Origin: Dysgonamonadaceae bacterium
GTDB lineage: Bacteria > Bacteroidota > Bacteroidia > Bacteroidales > Dysgonomonadaceae
DNA: 24,000 bases
Assembly (NCBI GenBank): GCA_032068765.1
Contig: DAMBHY010000003.1
Location: 91,319-115,318, forward strand
Reading direction: 5' to 3'
The notes under the pieces: generated by a model
The model's database searches: none
What the model was told of the DNA's origin: nothing
What the model saw: only the letters and a program-made list of their open reading frames with translations
Translations under genes and position numbers: made by a program
Part shown: piece after piece, positions 8,761 through 17,260 of the stretch
Numbering within the stretch: position 1 is the first letter of the stretch
Layout: the number at the start of each line of letters is the position of its first letter

Positions 8761-9399
8761 ATGAAAATAAAAAAATTTGAATTTAATCCGTTAGGTGTAA
8801 ATACGTATGTTCTTTCCGCGGAAAATAATGAGTGTGTGATTATTGATCCATCATGCCTTTTTCATGACGAAAAGATAGAACTACTCAATTATATATATGA
8901 CAATGATTTAATCGTAAAACATCTTTTAAATACCCATTGTCATTTTGACCATATTTTTGGAAATCCGGTGGTTGCATCCACTTTTCATGTTGCGCCAGAA
9001 GCGCACAAAGAAGATGAAAACCTGATTAAGACTTTTGACGACCAGCTCAAAATGTTCGGAATGCCAGCTTCAACAGAAAAACAGCCTATGATTGGCAATT
9101 ATCTGAACGAAAATGATGTCATCAGTTTTGGAAACGAAAAGTTAATCGTTCTTCATGTCCCAGGACATTCAGCAGGAAGCGTAGTTTTCTATCATAAAGA
9201 AAGCGAAACGCTGTTTGTAGGTGATGTTTTGTTTCACGGAGGTATCGGGCGCACCGACTTGCCGGGCGGAAACTTCGAAACATTGATTAACGGAATTAAG
9301 ACAAAACTGCTTACGATGCCGAACGAAACGGTGGTTTATTCTGGACACGGGATAAGCACCACCATCGGTCTGGAAAAGAAAAATAATCCGTATTTATAA
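8761..9399 (+). CDS. MBL-fold metallo-hydrolase (glyoxalase II-like)
   Basis: 212 aa. HCHFDH (HxHxDH) zinc motif, PGHSAGS, GDVLF..GIGRTD and a C-terminal GHG. Confidence 0.9.
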   Translation: MKIKKFEFNPLGVNTYVLSAENNECVIIDPSCLFHDEKIELLNYIYDNDLIVKHLLNTHCHFDHIFGNPVVASTFHVAPEAHKEDENLIKTFDDQLKMFGMPASTEKQPMIGNYLNENDVISFGNEKLIVLHVPGHSAGSVVFYHKESETLFVGDVLFHGGIGRTDLPGGNFETLINGIKTKLLTMPNETVVYSGHGISTTIGLEKKNNPYL

Positions 9400-9452
9400 G
9401 GAATAACGAATAATTAAATAAATAGAACAACCAATAAAATCTTTTTCATATT

Positions 9453-12326
9453 ATGGAAATGGAAAAATTTCAAACACGTCACATCGGTGTAAATGACGCG
9501 GATATAAACAAAATGCTGGAAGTAATCGGCGTAGATAGTTTGGATAAACTTATCGATCAAACCATTCCTTCCGATATACGCTTACAAAAACCTTTGAGCC
9601 TGCCAAAAGCACTTTCAGAACATGAATATGCTGAAGAAATTGCTCAAATAGCGCGCAAAAACAAAATTTATACTTCGTATATAGGTATGGGATGGTACGA
9701 CACCATTACTCCCGCAGCTATCTACCGTAATGTATTCGAAAATCCAGTATGGTACACATCATACACTCCTTATCAGGCAGAAATTTCACAAGGTCGTCTA
9801 GAAGCTTTGTTGAACTTTCAGACAGTAGTAAGCGAACTGACTGCTTTGCCTTTGGCAAACTGTTCATTGCTTGACGAAGCTACCGCCGCTGCTGAAGCTT
9901 CATCAATGATGTACGGATTGCGCTCACGTGACAAAGCAAAAAGCAATTCCGATACATTGTTCGTTGACGAAAATGTTTTTGAAAGCACACTGGCTGTTTT
10001 GCGCACACGCATGGGACATGTAGGAATTGACATTGAAGTGGGTAATTTCAATGACTTCAATTTCGGAGAAAAATATTTCGGGGCTATCCTACAGTATCCA
10101 AACTCAAACGGAAATGTAGAAAACTATCGTGATTTTGTAGAAAAAGCACATGCTGCTGAAATCAAAGTAGCTGTTGCTACAGATTTATTGGCATTGGTAA
10201 TGTTGACACCTCCAGGAGAATGGGGCGCAGATATTGCGTTCGGTTCAAGCCAAAGATTCGGTATACCTATGTTCTACGGCGGTCCTTCTGCTGCTTTCTT
10301 CTCTACAAGAGATGAATATAAGAGAAACATCCCGGGACGTATTATCGGTATCTCAAAAGATGCTTACGGAAAAGAAGCGTTGCGTATGGCATTGCAGACT
10401 CGCGAACAACATATCAAACGCGAAAAAGCGACTTCCAACATCTGTACCGCACAGGCGTTGCTTGCTACCATGACTTCTTTTTATGCGGTGTATCACGGAC
10501 CTGAAGGTTTGAAAAATATCGCTAAACGCGTTCATTCTATCACTTCTCTGGTAGCTGACGAATTGGAAGCTTTGGGCTACAAAGTATTAAATACTACTTA
10601 TTTCGATACTTTAAAAATAGAATTGCCTGAAAACGTTTCTCAAGAAGATATCTACGATATTGCAGATTCTCGCAATATTAACCTGAGATATTTTGGAAGT
10701 GGTGAAGTGGGTATAAGTATCGATGAAACTACCAACGCTTATCGCGTTCACGAATTGTTGGCCGTATTTGCTATGGCGGTAGGCAGTTCGAAAGTATTTA
10801 TGATTGATGATATGCCTGACAAGGTTACTCTTTCAAACGAGCAACTTCGTACTTCAGATTTCCTTCAGCATCCTGTATTCAACAGTTATCACACAGAAAC
10901 TGAATTGATGCGCTATATCAAACGTCTCGAAAGAAAAGATATTTCGTTGGCTCATTCCATGATTTCATTGGGTTCTTGTACAATGAAATTGAATGCCGCT
11001 TCCGAACTTATTCCTTTGGGAATGCCCGAATTGCAAAATATTCACCCATATGCTCCTGCAAACCAAACAGAAGGTTATGCCGAAATGATTGAAGAGTTAA
11101 GCTGCATGCTGGCAGAAATCACAGGTTTTGCAGGCGTTACATTGCAACCAAACTCTGGTGCTGCAGGTGAATATACCGGACTGGTAACTATCGCAAGCTA
11201 TTTAGAAAGCATCGGACAGGGACATCGTAAAATTGTATTGATTCCTGCTTCAGCTCACGGAACAAACCCAGCAAGTGCTATTCAGGCAGGCTACAAAACT
11301 GTAACTGTTGCCAGCGACGAAAGAGGTAACGTAGATATGAACGACTTCCGCGCTAAAGTGGAACAATATAAAAACGACCTCGCTGCTTATATGATTACAT
11401 ATCCTTCTACTCACGGCATTTTCGAAGTTGAAATCAAGGAAATGTGCCGATTGATTCATGAAGCAGGCGGTCAAGTATATATGGACGGTGCAAATATGAA
11501 CGCTCAAGTTGGTTTGACCAATCCAGGAACTATCGGTGCCGACGTTTGCCACTTGAATCTTCACAAAACATTTGCTATACCTCATGGTGGTGGCGGTCCT
11601 GGTGTTGGTCCTATCTGCGTTGCAGAACATTTGGTTCCATTCCTTCCTTCACACCCAGTTATGTTCCCTAATGATAAAAACAATACTGTTTCTGCTGCTC
11701 CTTACGGAAGTGCGGGTGTATTGGAAATCACTTACGCTTACATCAAAATGATGGGTGAAGAAGGTCTTACAATGGCTACCAAAGCTGCTATTCTTAACGC
11801 TAACTATCTTGCTGAAAGATTAAAAGATACTTACGGCGTGTTATATCGAGGAGCACAGGGTAGAGTAGGACACGAGTTGATTATGGAATGCCGCAACATC
11901 AAAGATGCTTCAGGCATCAGCGAAACGGATATTGCAAAACGTCTGATGGACTACGGTTATCACGCACCTACACTTTCATTCCCCGTACACGGAACATTGA
12001 TGGTGGAGCCTACAGAAAGTGAAAGTCTTGCAGAACTCGACCAGTTTGTAGATACAATGAACGAGATTTACAAAGAAGCACAGGAAGTGGCTGAAGGTAA
12101 ATATACCCTTGAAGACAACGTGTTGGTAAATGCTCCACACCCTGAATACGAAGCCGTAGCTGATGAGTGGAATCATGCTTATCCTCGCAGCAAAGCTGTT
12201 TATCCACTTGAATTTGTAAAAAACAACAAGTTCTGGGTGAATGTAGCGCGTGTGGACAATGCTTATGGCGACAGAAATCTAGTAGCTTGTCTGTGTGACA
12301 TCCCTGCCGGAGAACAACAAAACTAG
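9453..12326 (+). CDS. gcvP: Glycine dehydrogenase (aminomethyl-transferring), single-chain P-protein
   Basis: 957 aa. YTPYQAEISQGRLEALLNFQ, the PLP-lysine region NLHKTFAIPHGGGGPG, and full-length single-polypeptide architecture. Confidence 0.97.
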   Translation: MEMEKFQTRHIGVNDADINKMLEVIGVDSLDKLIDQTIPSDIRLQKPLSLPKALSEHEYAEEIAQIARKNKIYTSYIGMGWYDTITPAAIYRNVFENPVWYTSYTPYQAEISQGRLEALLNFQTVVSELTALPLANCSLLDEATAAAEASSMMYGLRSRDKAKSNSDTLFVDENVFESTLAVLRTRMGHVGIDIEVGNFNDFNFGEKYFGAILQYPNSNGNVENYRDFVEKAHAAEIKVAVATDLLALVMLTPPGEWGADIAFGSSQRFGIPMFYGGPSAAFFSTRDEYKRNIPGRIIGISKDAYGKEALRMALQTREQHIKREKATSNICTAQALLATMTSFYAVYHGPEGLKNIAKRVHSITSLVADELEALGYKVLNTTYFDTLKIELPENVSQEDIYDIADSRNINLRYFGSGEVGISIDETTNAYRVHELLAVFAMAVGSSKVFMIDDMPDKVTLSNEQLRTSDFLQHPVFNSYHTETELMRYIKRLERKDISLAHSMISLGSCTMKLNAASELIPLGMPELQNIHPYAPANQTEGYAEMIEELSCMLAEITGFAGVTLQPNSGAAGEYTGLVTIASYLESIGQGHRKIVLIPASAHGTNPASAIQAGYKTVTVASDERGNVDMNDFRAKVEQYKNDLAAYMITYPSTHGIFEVEIKEMCRLIHEAGGQVYMDGANMNAQVGLTNPGTIGADVCHLNLHKTFAIPHGGGGPGVGPICVAEHLVPFLPSHPVMFPNDKNNTVSAAPYGSAGVLEITYAYIKMMGEEGLTMATKAAILNANYLAERLKDTYGVLYRGAQGRVGHELIMECRNIKDASGISETDIAKRLMDYGYHAPTLSFPVHGTLMVEPTESESLAELDQFVDTMNEIYKEAQEVAEGKYTLEDNVLVNAPHPEYEAVADEWNHAYPRSKAVYPLEFVKNNKFWVNVARVDNAYGDRNLVACLCDIPAGEQQN

Positions 12327-12354
12327 CACACAATCAGATTTATATATTAAGCTC

Positions 12355-12390
12355 AAAAAGCCGATAGAATTTATTTCGTCGGCTTTTTTT
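12355..12390 (+). terminator. Rho-independent terminator of gcvP
   Basis: AAAAAGCCGA (12355-12364) pairs with TCGGCTTTTT (12379-12388) and is followed by further Ts. Starts 29 nt after the gcvP stop. Confidence 0.8.
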
Positions 12391-12504
12391 ATTGTATGAT
12401 TTTGTGCAATATTTTTATTTACCAAGCGGTAAAATTTGTACGATAGCGGGGTTTAGAGCAATAAATAAAGGATGAAGGTATATAATTTCTTGTAGTCTCA
12501 ATTG

Positions 12505-12687
12505 TCCGCCCAGCGGAAAGCACCTCTTATATACATTTTGCAGCCGTCCGCTCAGCGGAAAATGGTTTTTGTATATATTTCTTGTAGTCCGCTCAGCGGA
12601 AAATCAACTTTATGTAGTGTGGGGCATTATCCGCCCGGCGGAAAGTGATTTACACGTTATTGACAGCTCATTCCGCAGGGCGGAAAA
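12505..12687. repeat. Array of five phased palindromes TCCGC-N3-GCGGA-AAR with 41-42 bp periodicity
   Basis: The TCCGC arms start at 12505, 12547, 12588, 12630 and 12672, giving spacings of 42, 41, 42 and 42 bp. Each is followed 3 nt later by GCGGA and then AAG or AAA. The intervening AT-rich segments are diverged versions of one another (for example GTATATAATTTCTTGTAGTC at 12478 vs GTATATATTTCTTGTAGTC at 12571). Confidence 0.85.
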
Positions 12688-12909
12688 GTGTTTGCATCGC
12701 TTGCAGGATTTCGACCTATGGTTTGAAAATATTTATTTGAATATAAAAACAGTGAATAAATCTGCTTTATAAAACATTTTCGTAGTTTGCTAGAAAAGGA
12801 TTAGTTTTAGATCGAACACGTTTGTAGTTTTTAAGAAAGTGATGGCGAAGGTTTTAAACTTTCTAATAATAAAAGCGTTGTTATCTACATTACAAAAAAC
12901 ATAGACATA

Positions 12910-13032
12910 ATGAGCAAGACAGCGTGTAAAGATAAAGATTTGATTGAGAAAAAAAATCCCAAATATATCTGCAAAAGGTGCGGATCTACCGTGAAAAAAG
13001 AAAAGCACGTGTGCAAACCAAAGAAATTTTAA
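12910..13032 (+). CDS. Candidate 40-aa basic Cys-rich small protein (CxxC...HxC)
   Basis: Hand translation gives MSKTACKDKDLIEKKNPKYICKRCGSTVKKEKHVCKPKKF*. ATG start with an A-rich upstream context, 14 Lys/Arg, Cys at 6, 21, 24 and 35, His at 33. A hairpin follows 14 nt downstream. No canonical TAnnTTTG lies within 220 bp upstream, which lowers confidence. Confidence 0.35.
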   Translation: MSKTACKDKDLIEKKNPKYICKRCGSTVKKEKHVCKPKKF

Positions 13033-13045
13033 AGCGTGCAAGTAG

Positions 13046-13059
13046 TGGGCTTATGCCCA
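13046..13059. terminator. Short hairpin between convergent genes (weak terminator candidate)
   Basis: TGGGC (13046-13050) pairs with GCCCA (13055-13059) around a 4-nt loop. On the plus strand it is followed by GAAATTTTTAC. The stem is only 5 bp. Confidence 0.3.
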
Positions 13060-13080
13060 GAAATTTTTACTTTTAACTTT

Positions 13081-14271
13081 TTACTTTACAATAGCTCCAG
13101 CTACTATGTTGGCAACATCGATGCGCAGATACTTGATATTCCCCTTGTCCTTTGGGTGCACACGATTGGTGAGAATAATTACGCCCGTGTCAGTATCGGG
13201 GTCGATGACCACAGAAGTGCCCGTATACCCGGTGTGCATATAGGTGTTTTTGCCAAAATAAGAGCCTTTGATATTGGAATAAACGGAAGATATATCCCAA
13301 CCGAGCGCACGTCCGAAGAATTGCAGATTCATAGGGATGGAGCGCATCATTTTCACTGTTTCGGGTTTTAGGATGTCCTGATTATTCCACGAACCTCCAT
13401 TTTGCAAAGCCGCAACAAGTATGGCGATATCACCTGCGTTGGAAAATAGTCCCGCATTACCGGATATTCCACCATTCAACAGGCGAGCAAGTGGATCTTG
13501 CACCACACCTTTTAATAAACCATATTCTTCCGTTTTTTCCGTAGGTGCGATGTTTTTGAGCATTGCGCCGCTCGGCACAAAGTCGGTATTCTTCATTCCT
13601 AGAACATCGTAGATATTTTCTTTCGCGAAGTCACGCAGGTCTTTGTGTGTGATGTTTTGGATTACGTTTTGCAGTGTGATAAAATTGAGGCAGCTGTATT
13701 CAAAATCCGTTTCGGGAGGAAATTGACGATTTACGTTTGAGATGTACCTCATAAATCCCTGAGGATTGGGCGAACCCAGCGTCATTGTAAGCCTTTCGTA
13801 AGGAGCGTAAGCGGGAAGTCCCGAGGTGTGCGTCAGCAGATTGATGATTTTGATGGGTTTGATACGCCCTGTGCGGTATGTCCAGTCCTTAAATTCGGGG
13901 ATGTATTTGTTAACAGGTGCATATAAATCTAGTTCGCCACGTTCCACCAGAATCATTGCCGAAATTGCGGTAGCCAAAGGTTTTGTAAGAGAAGCCAAAT
14001 CGAAAATCGTATTTTCTGTCATCGGTTCTCTAAAGGGCACAAGCGAACGGTAGCCGTAGGCTTTCATATAAGCTATTTTTCCGTGCCGTACCACTGCAAA
14101 TACCGCACCGGGAATTGTGCCGTTGCGCACATATCGGTAGATGACATCGTCGGCTTTTTCGAGTTTTAGGGCGTCCATTCCCACCTCTTCGGGTTTAACG
14201 CGTTGAAGCGGCTGGCTAAATAATTGTCCTGAAAAGACTATAAGAGATATAATTGTGAGTATTTTTTTCAT
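13081..14271 (-). CDS. Secreted serine hydrolase, beta-lactamase/PBP4*-related family
   Basis: 396 aa. Signal peptide MKKILTIISLIVFSGQLFSQ, SxxK motif SLTKP, HTG (KTG-equivalent) in YMHTGYTGTS. Overall class-C-like esterase/peptidase layout. Confidence 0.9.
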   Translation of the reverse strand: MKKILTIISLIVFSGQLFSQPLQRVKPEEVGMDALKLEKADDVIYRYVRNGTIPGAVFAVVRHGKIAYMKAYGYRSLVPFREPMTENTIFDLASLTKPLATAISAMILVERGELDLYAPVNKYIPEFKDWTYRTGRIKPIKIINLLTHTSGLPAYAPYERLTMTLGSPNPQGFMRYISNVNRQFPPETDFEYSCLNFITLQNVIQNITHKDLRDFAKENIYDVLGMKNTDFVPSGAMLKNIAPTEKTEEYGLLKGVVQDPLARLLNGGISGNAGLFSNAGDIAILVAALQNGGSWNNQDILKPETVKMMRSIPMNLQFFGRALGWDISSVYSNIKGSYFGKNTYMHTGYTGTSVVIDPDTDTGVIILTNRVHPKDKGNIKYLRIDVANIVAGAIVK

Positions 14272-14290
14272 AACAATAGTGTGACAGAAA

Positions 14291-14298
14291 CAAAGATA
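14291..14298 (-). promoter_or_regulatory. -7 promoter box (TAtcTTTG on the minus strand) for the serine hydrolase gene
   Basis: Plus strand reads CAAAGATA, 20 nt upstream of the ATG at 14271. Confidence 0.45.
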
Positions 14299-14407
14299 AG
14301 AAGTTTACGCCTAAAAAAATTATGGGATTGTTTAACATATCCTAAATATAATGTGTATAGCATTTGTATTAAGAATTTATATAGTTTCGCGTGATGATTC
14401 TTGGCAA

Positions 14408-14415
14408 TATTTTTG
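14408..14415 (+). promoter_or_regulatory. -7 promoter box TAttTTTG for the ftsX-led gene cluster
   Basis: Exact TAnnTTTG match; its last base lies 74 nt upstream of ATG 14490. Confidence 0.5.
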
Positions 14416-14489
14416 TTACTTTGTAAACAATTAAATAAATAGGCGGATTGTGCCGTTTTAGTTAATAGATAAAAGAATACTTTTTCAGC

Positions 14490-15368
14490 ATGGCTTCTAA
14501 AGATACACCGAACCCAATGCGTTTTTTTAACGCCAAACTTACTTCCACCATCAGCGTAACGCTCGTTTTGGTACTGCTCGGAATGACAGCACTACTTTTC
14601 TTTCTCGGAAAAGGATTTTCTAAAAACATAAAAGAGAGCATGACTTTCAATGTGATGCTCAGTCAAGAAATCACCGACAGCCAGATTGTAAATATCCGCA
14701 AAAAGATTGACGCAATGCCATTCGTGAAATCCTCAAAGTTTATCAGCAAGGAAGAAGCAAAGCAGCAGTTGATTAAAGATCTGGGTGAAGACCCCGAAGA
14801 ACTGCTTGGATACAATCCAGCGCAAGATTTCATCGAAATCAATCTGAAAGCGCAGTATGCGAACCGTGAAAGTCTACCAGCTATCGAAAAAGCTATTTCG
14901 CACGAAAATAATGTTCAAGACTTACTCTATCAGCAGGACTCTATAGACCTTATCAACAATAATTTATCAAAGATATCTACAATATTGCTAGTTGTTTCGG
15001 GCATACTGCTGTTTATCACTTTCGCGCTTATACGCAACACTATTCGTTTGAGCATTTATGCAAGAAGATTCATTATTCACACGATGAAACTCGTGGGTGC
15101 GACTGGTGGTTTCATCCGACGTCCTTTCATCTGGCGCAATATAGGAATGGGATTGATTGCTGGTTTGCTCGCAAACGCCATTCTTGCAGGAGTGTTGTAT
15201 TATTTCAACACGGAGTATACCAATCTCAATACAGTGTTGAGCGTTCAGGATTTGATTATTGTTGCCGCTACCGTGATGATTCTGGGTATTATAATTACGA
15301 TGGTAGCAACTTACTTCTCTGTGAACCGCTACCTGCGTATGAAGGTCGAAAATCTGTATTACATTTAA
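14490..15368 (+). CDS. ftsX: Cell division protein FtsX-like permease
   Basis: 292 aa. N-terminal TM helix, periplasmic FtsX ECD-like segment, then three C-terminal TM helices (MKLVGATGGFIRRPF motif). Confidence 0.9.
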   Translation: MASKDTPNPMRFFNAKLTSTISVTLVLVLLGMTALLFFLGKGFSKNIKESMTFNVMLSQEITDSQIVNIRKKIDAMPFVKSSKFISKEEAKQQLIKDLGEDPEELLGYNPAQDFIEINLKAQYANRESLPAIEKAISHENNVQDLLYQQDSIDLINNNLSKISTILLVVSGILLFITFALIRNTIRLSIYARRFIIHTMKLVGATGGFIRRPFIWRNIGMGLIAGLLANAILAGVLYYFNTEYTNLNTVLSVQDLIIVAATVMILGIIITMVATYFSVNRYLRMKVENLYYI

Positions 15369-15401
15369 TTTATTCGTTTTTTACAATATTATTATAAATA
15401 T

Positions 15402-15650
15402 ATGTCTGACAAAAGATTTGCACTGCAAAAGATAAATCTTATTATTTGCGGTATTGCCGTACTTATTATTATAATTGGTTTTGTGTTGATGGCGGCAGGT
15501 CCTGGCACAACGTTTGAAGGTGGTTTTAATCCAGATATTTTTAGTGCGCGACGTATTAAGGTGGCACCAGTTGTGTGTTTGATAGGTTTCTTTTTGATGA
15601 TTGTGGGAATTCTTTATCCTGCAAAAGACAAGAAAAATATTGAGAAGTAA
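15402..15650 (+). CDS. DUF3098 domain-containing small membrane protein
   Basis: 82 aa with two TM helices and an FSARRIKVAP motif. Sits in the conserved Bacteroidota position between ftsX and uppP. Confidence 0.8.
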   Translation: MSDKRFALQKINLIICGIAVLIIIIGFVLMAAGPGTTFEGGFNPDIFSARRIKVAPVVCLIGFFLMIVGILYPAKDKKNIEK

Positions 15651-15671
15651 TTTACAAGCTTACAAGATTAG

Positions 15672-16535
15672 ATGAATATACTTCAAGCAATTATTATTGC
15701 CATTGTTGAAGGATTGACGGAATTTCTGCCAGTTTCTTCAACGGGACACATGATTATTACCCAGGCACTTTTAGGGATGGAATCCACTGAATTTCTGAAC
15801 ACTTATACCATTGTCATTCAGTTTGGTGCCATTCTTTCTGTGGTTGTACTATATTGGAAACGATTTTTTCATATAAATGATGTCAGACAACTACCTAATT
15901 ACGAAAGTAAAAACGGTTTTCAGAAGTTTCTCTACAAGTTTGATTTTTATTACAAACTCGTTATTGCGTGTATTCCCGGTTTTGTTTTTGGTATGTTGTT
16001 TAATGATGCTATTGATGCCGCGTTAGGAAGTGTTACCATTGTAGCGTGGATGCTTGTTATTGGCGGTATTCTGATGCTCTTCGTTGATAAATGGTTTGGA
16101 AAAGTTTCACGAAATCAAGAAATCACTACGAAGCGTGCATTAATAATCGGGTTGAGCCAATGTGTCGCGATGTTTTTACCAGGTTTTTCCCGTTCTATGG
16201 CAACGATAGTCGGCGGTATGGCAACGAAACTCAGTCGTAAGAACGCTGCGGAATTTTCCTTTTTCCTTGCAGTACCTACTATGTTTGGCGCGTCGCTAAT
16301 TACAATTCTCAAGACTATCAAGCATCAGGGAACAGAAGTATTTTTGCAAGGTAATAATCTGATGATGCTGATTTTGGGAAATGTGGTAGCATTTATCGTT
16401 GCGTTAATAGCCATCAAATTTTTTATTGATTATCTCACGAAATACGGTTTTAAAGTTTTCGGTTATTATAGAATATTAGTTGGTGGAATTCTTATTCTTC
16501 TCATTCTTTCGGGAGCAAGTTTAAGTATGGTATAA
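15672..16535 (+). CDS. uppP: Undecaprenyl-diphosphate phosphatase
   Basis: 287 aa. EGLTEFLPVSSTGH and PGFSRS motifs of BacA/UppP. Confidence 0.95.
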   Translation: MNILQAIIIAIVEGLTEFLPVSSTGHMIITQALLGMESTEFLNTYTIVIQFGAILSVVVLYWKRFFHINDVRQLPNYESKNGFQKFLYKFDFYYKLVIACIPGFVFGMLFNDAIDAALGSVTIVAWMLVIGGILMLFVDKWFGKVSRNQEITTKRALIIGLSQCVAMFLPGFSRSMATIVGGMATKLSRKNAAEFSFFLAVPTMFGASLITILKTIKHQGTEVFLQGNNLMMLILGNVVAFIVALIAIKFFIDYLTKYGFKVFGYYRILVGGILILLILSGASLSMV

Positions 16536-16536
16536 T

Positions 16537-17253
16537 ATGGATTTTGTAGAAGGGGAAATAATTTACGTAGACAAACCTCTGCACTGGACTTCCTTCAAGG
16601 TGGTGAAGATTGTGCGCGCGAAGATATGTCAGAAGTTGGGAATTAAGAAACTAAAGGTCGGTCATGCAGGAACTTTAGATCCTTTGGCAACTGGAGTAAT
16701 GACCATCTGCACAGGCAAAATGACCAAACAGATTGATAAGCTTCAAGCAGAAACTAAAGAATATATCGCAACCATCCGCTTAGGATCTACCACACCTTCC
16801 TTTGATTTGGAAACGGAAGTGGATGCCGAATATCCTACCGAACATATCACGAAAGAAATGGTGGAAGATATTTTGAAAAAATTTATCGGAACGATAGAAC
16901 AGATACCTCCCGACTTTTCTGCATGCAAGATTGACGGAAGACGTGCGTATGATTTGGCTCGTAATAATTTGGAAGTGAACTTAAAGCCCAAGACACTCGT
17001 TATTGATGCGGTAGAACTGCTATCTTTCAATATGCCTGAAATAAAGATTCGGGTTGTCTGCAGCAAAGGGACATACATTCGTGCACTTGCTCGAGATATT
17101 GGTCGGGCATTAAACTCAGGCGGACATCTTACAGGACTTATCCGCAGCAGAGTAGGGGACATTGTCCAGGGAGATTGTCTTCAGATGGATGAGATAGACA
17201 AATTTCTTGACCAACATATTCAGCCCCAAACAGTAACAGAAAATAATAAATAA
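16537..17253 (+). CDS. truB: tRNA pseudouridine(55) synthase
   Basis: 238 aa. Catalytic [12 protein letters not shown] motif and [10 protein letters not shown]. Confidence 0.95.
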   Translation: MDFVEGEIIYVDKPLHWTSFKVVKIVRAKICQKLGIKKLKVGHAGTLDPLATGVMTICTGKMTKQIDKLQAETKEYIATIRLGSTTPSFDLETEVDAEYPTEHITKEMVEDILKKFIGTIEQIPPDFSACKIDGRRAYDLARNNLEVNLKPKTLVIDAVELLSFNMPEIKIRVVCSKGTYIRALARDIGRALNSGGHLTGLIRSRVGDIVQGDCLQMDEIDKFLDQHIQPQTVTENNK

Positions 17254-17260
17254 ACAAGAT

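Noticed and set aside
8811-8824. Perfect palindrome TTTCCGCGGAAA, resembling the array half-sites, inside the MBL hydrolase gene
   Set aside because: It is a single copy inside a coding region (codons Ser-Ala-Glu-Asn), lacks the 3-nt spacer, and has no phasing partner. It is most likely coincidental.
9400-9452. Glycine riboswitch upstream of gcvP
   Set aside because: The gap is only 53 nt of AT-rich sequence, too short for a glycine aptamer (about 100 nt or more), and it has no GC-rich helices.
12505-12687. CRISPR array interpretation of the five regularly spaced palindromic repeats
   Set aside because: The conserved unit is only ~16 bp, whereas CRISPR repeats are typically 28-37 bp. The 'spacers' are ~26 bp and are recognisably related to each other (diverged tandem units). 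There is no leader or cas gene in the window.
12569-12772. 67-aa plus-strand ORF across the repeat array
   Set aside because: It merely translates the periodic repeat, giving recurring RSAEN, RPAES and RRAEK. It starts inside the array, has no promoter or terminator context, and has no protein-like composition.
12790-13041. 83-aa minus-strand ORF in the track
   Set aside because: Its Phe/Ile-rich, low-complexity composition is typical of the antisense shadow of an A-rich strand. It would begin inside the hairpin shared with the convergent hydrolase gene, and I saw no rc-TAnnTTTG box in the short stretch between its start and the hydrolase stop. The plus-strand 40-aa ORF is a better, though still uncertain, explanation.
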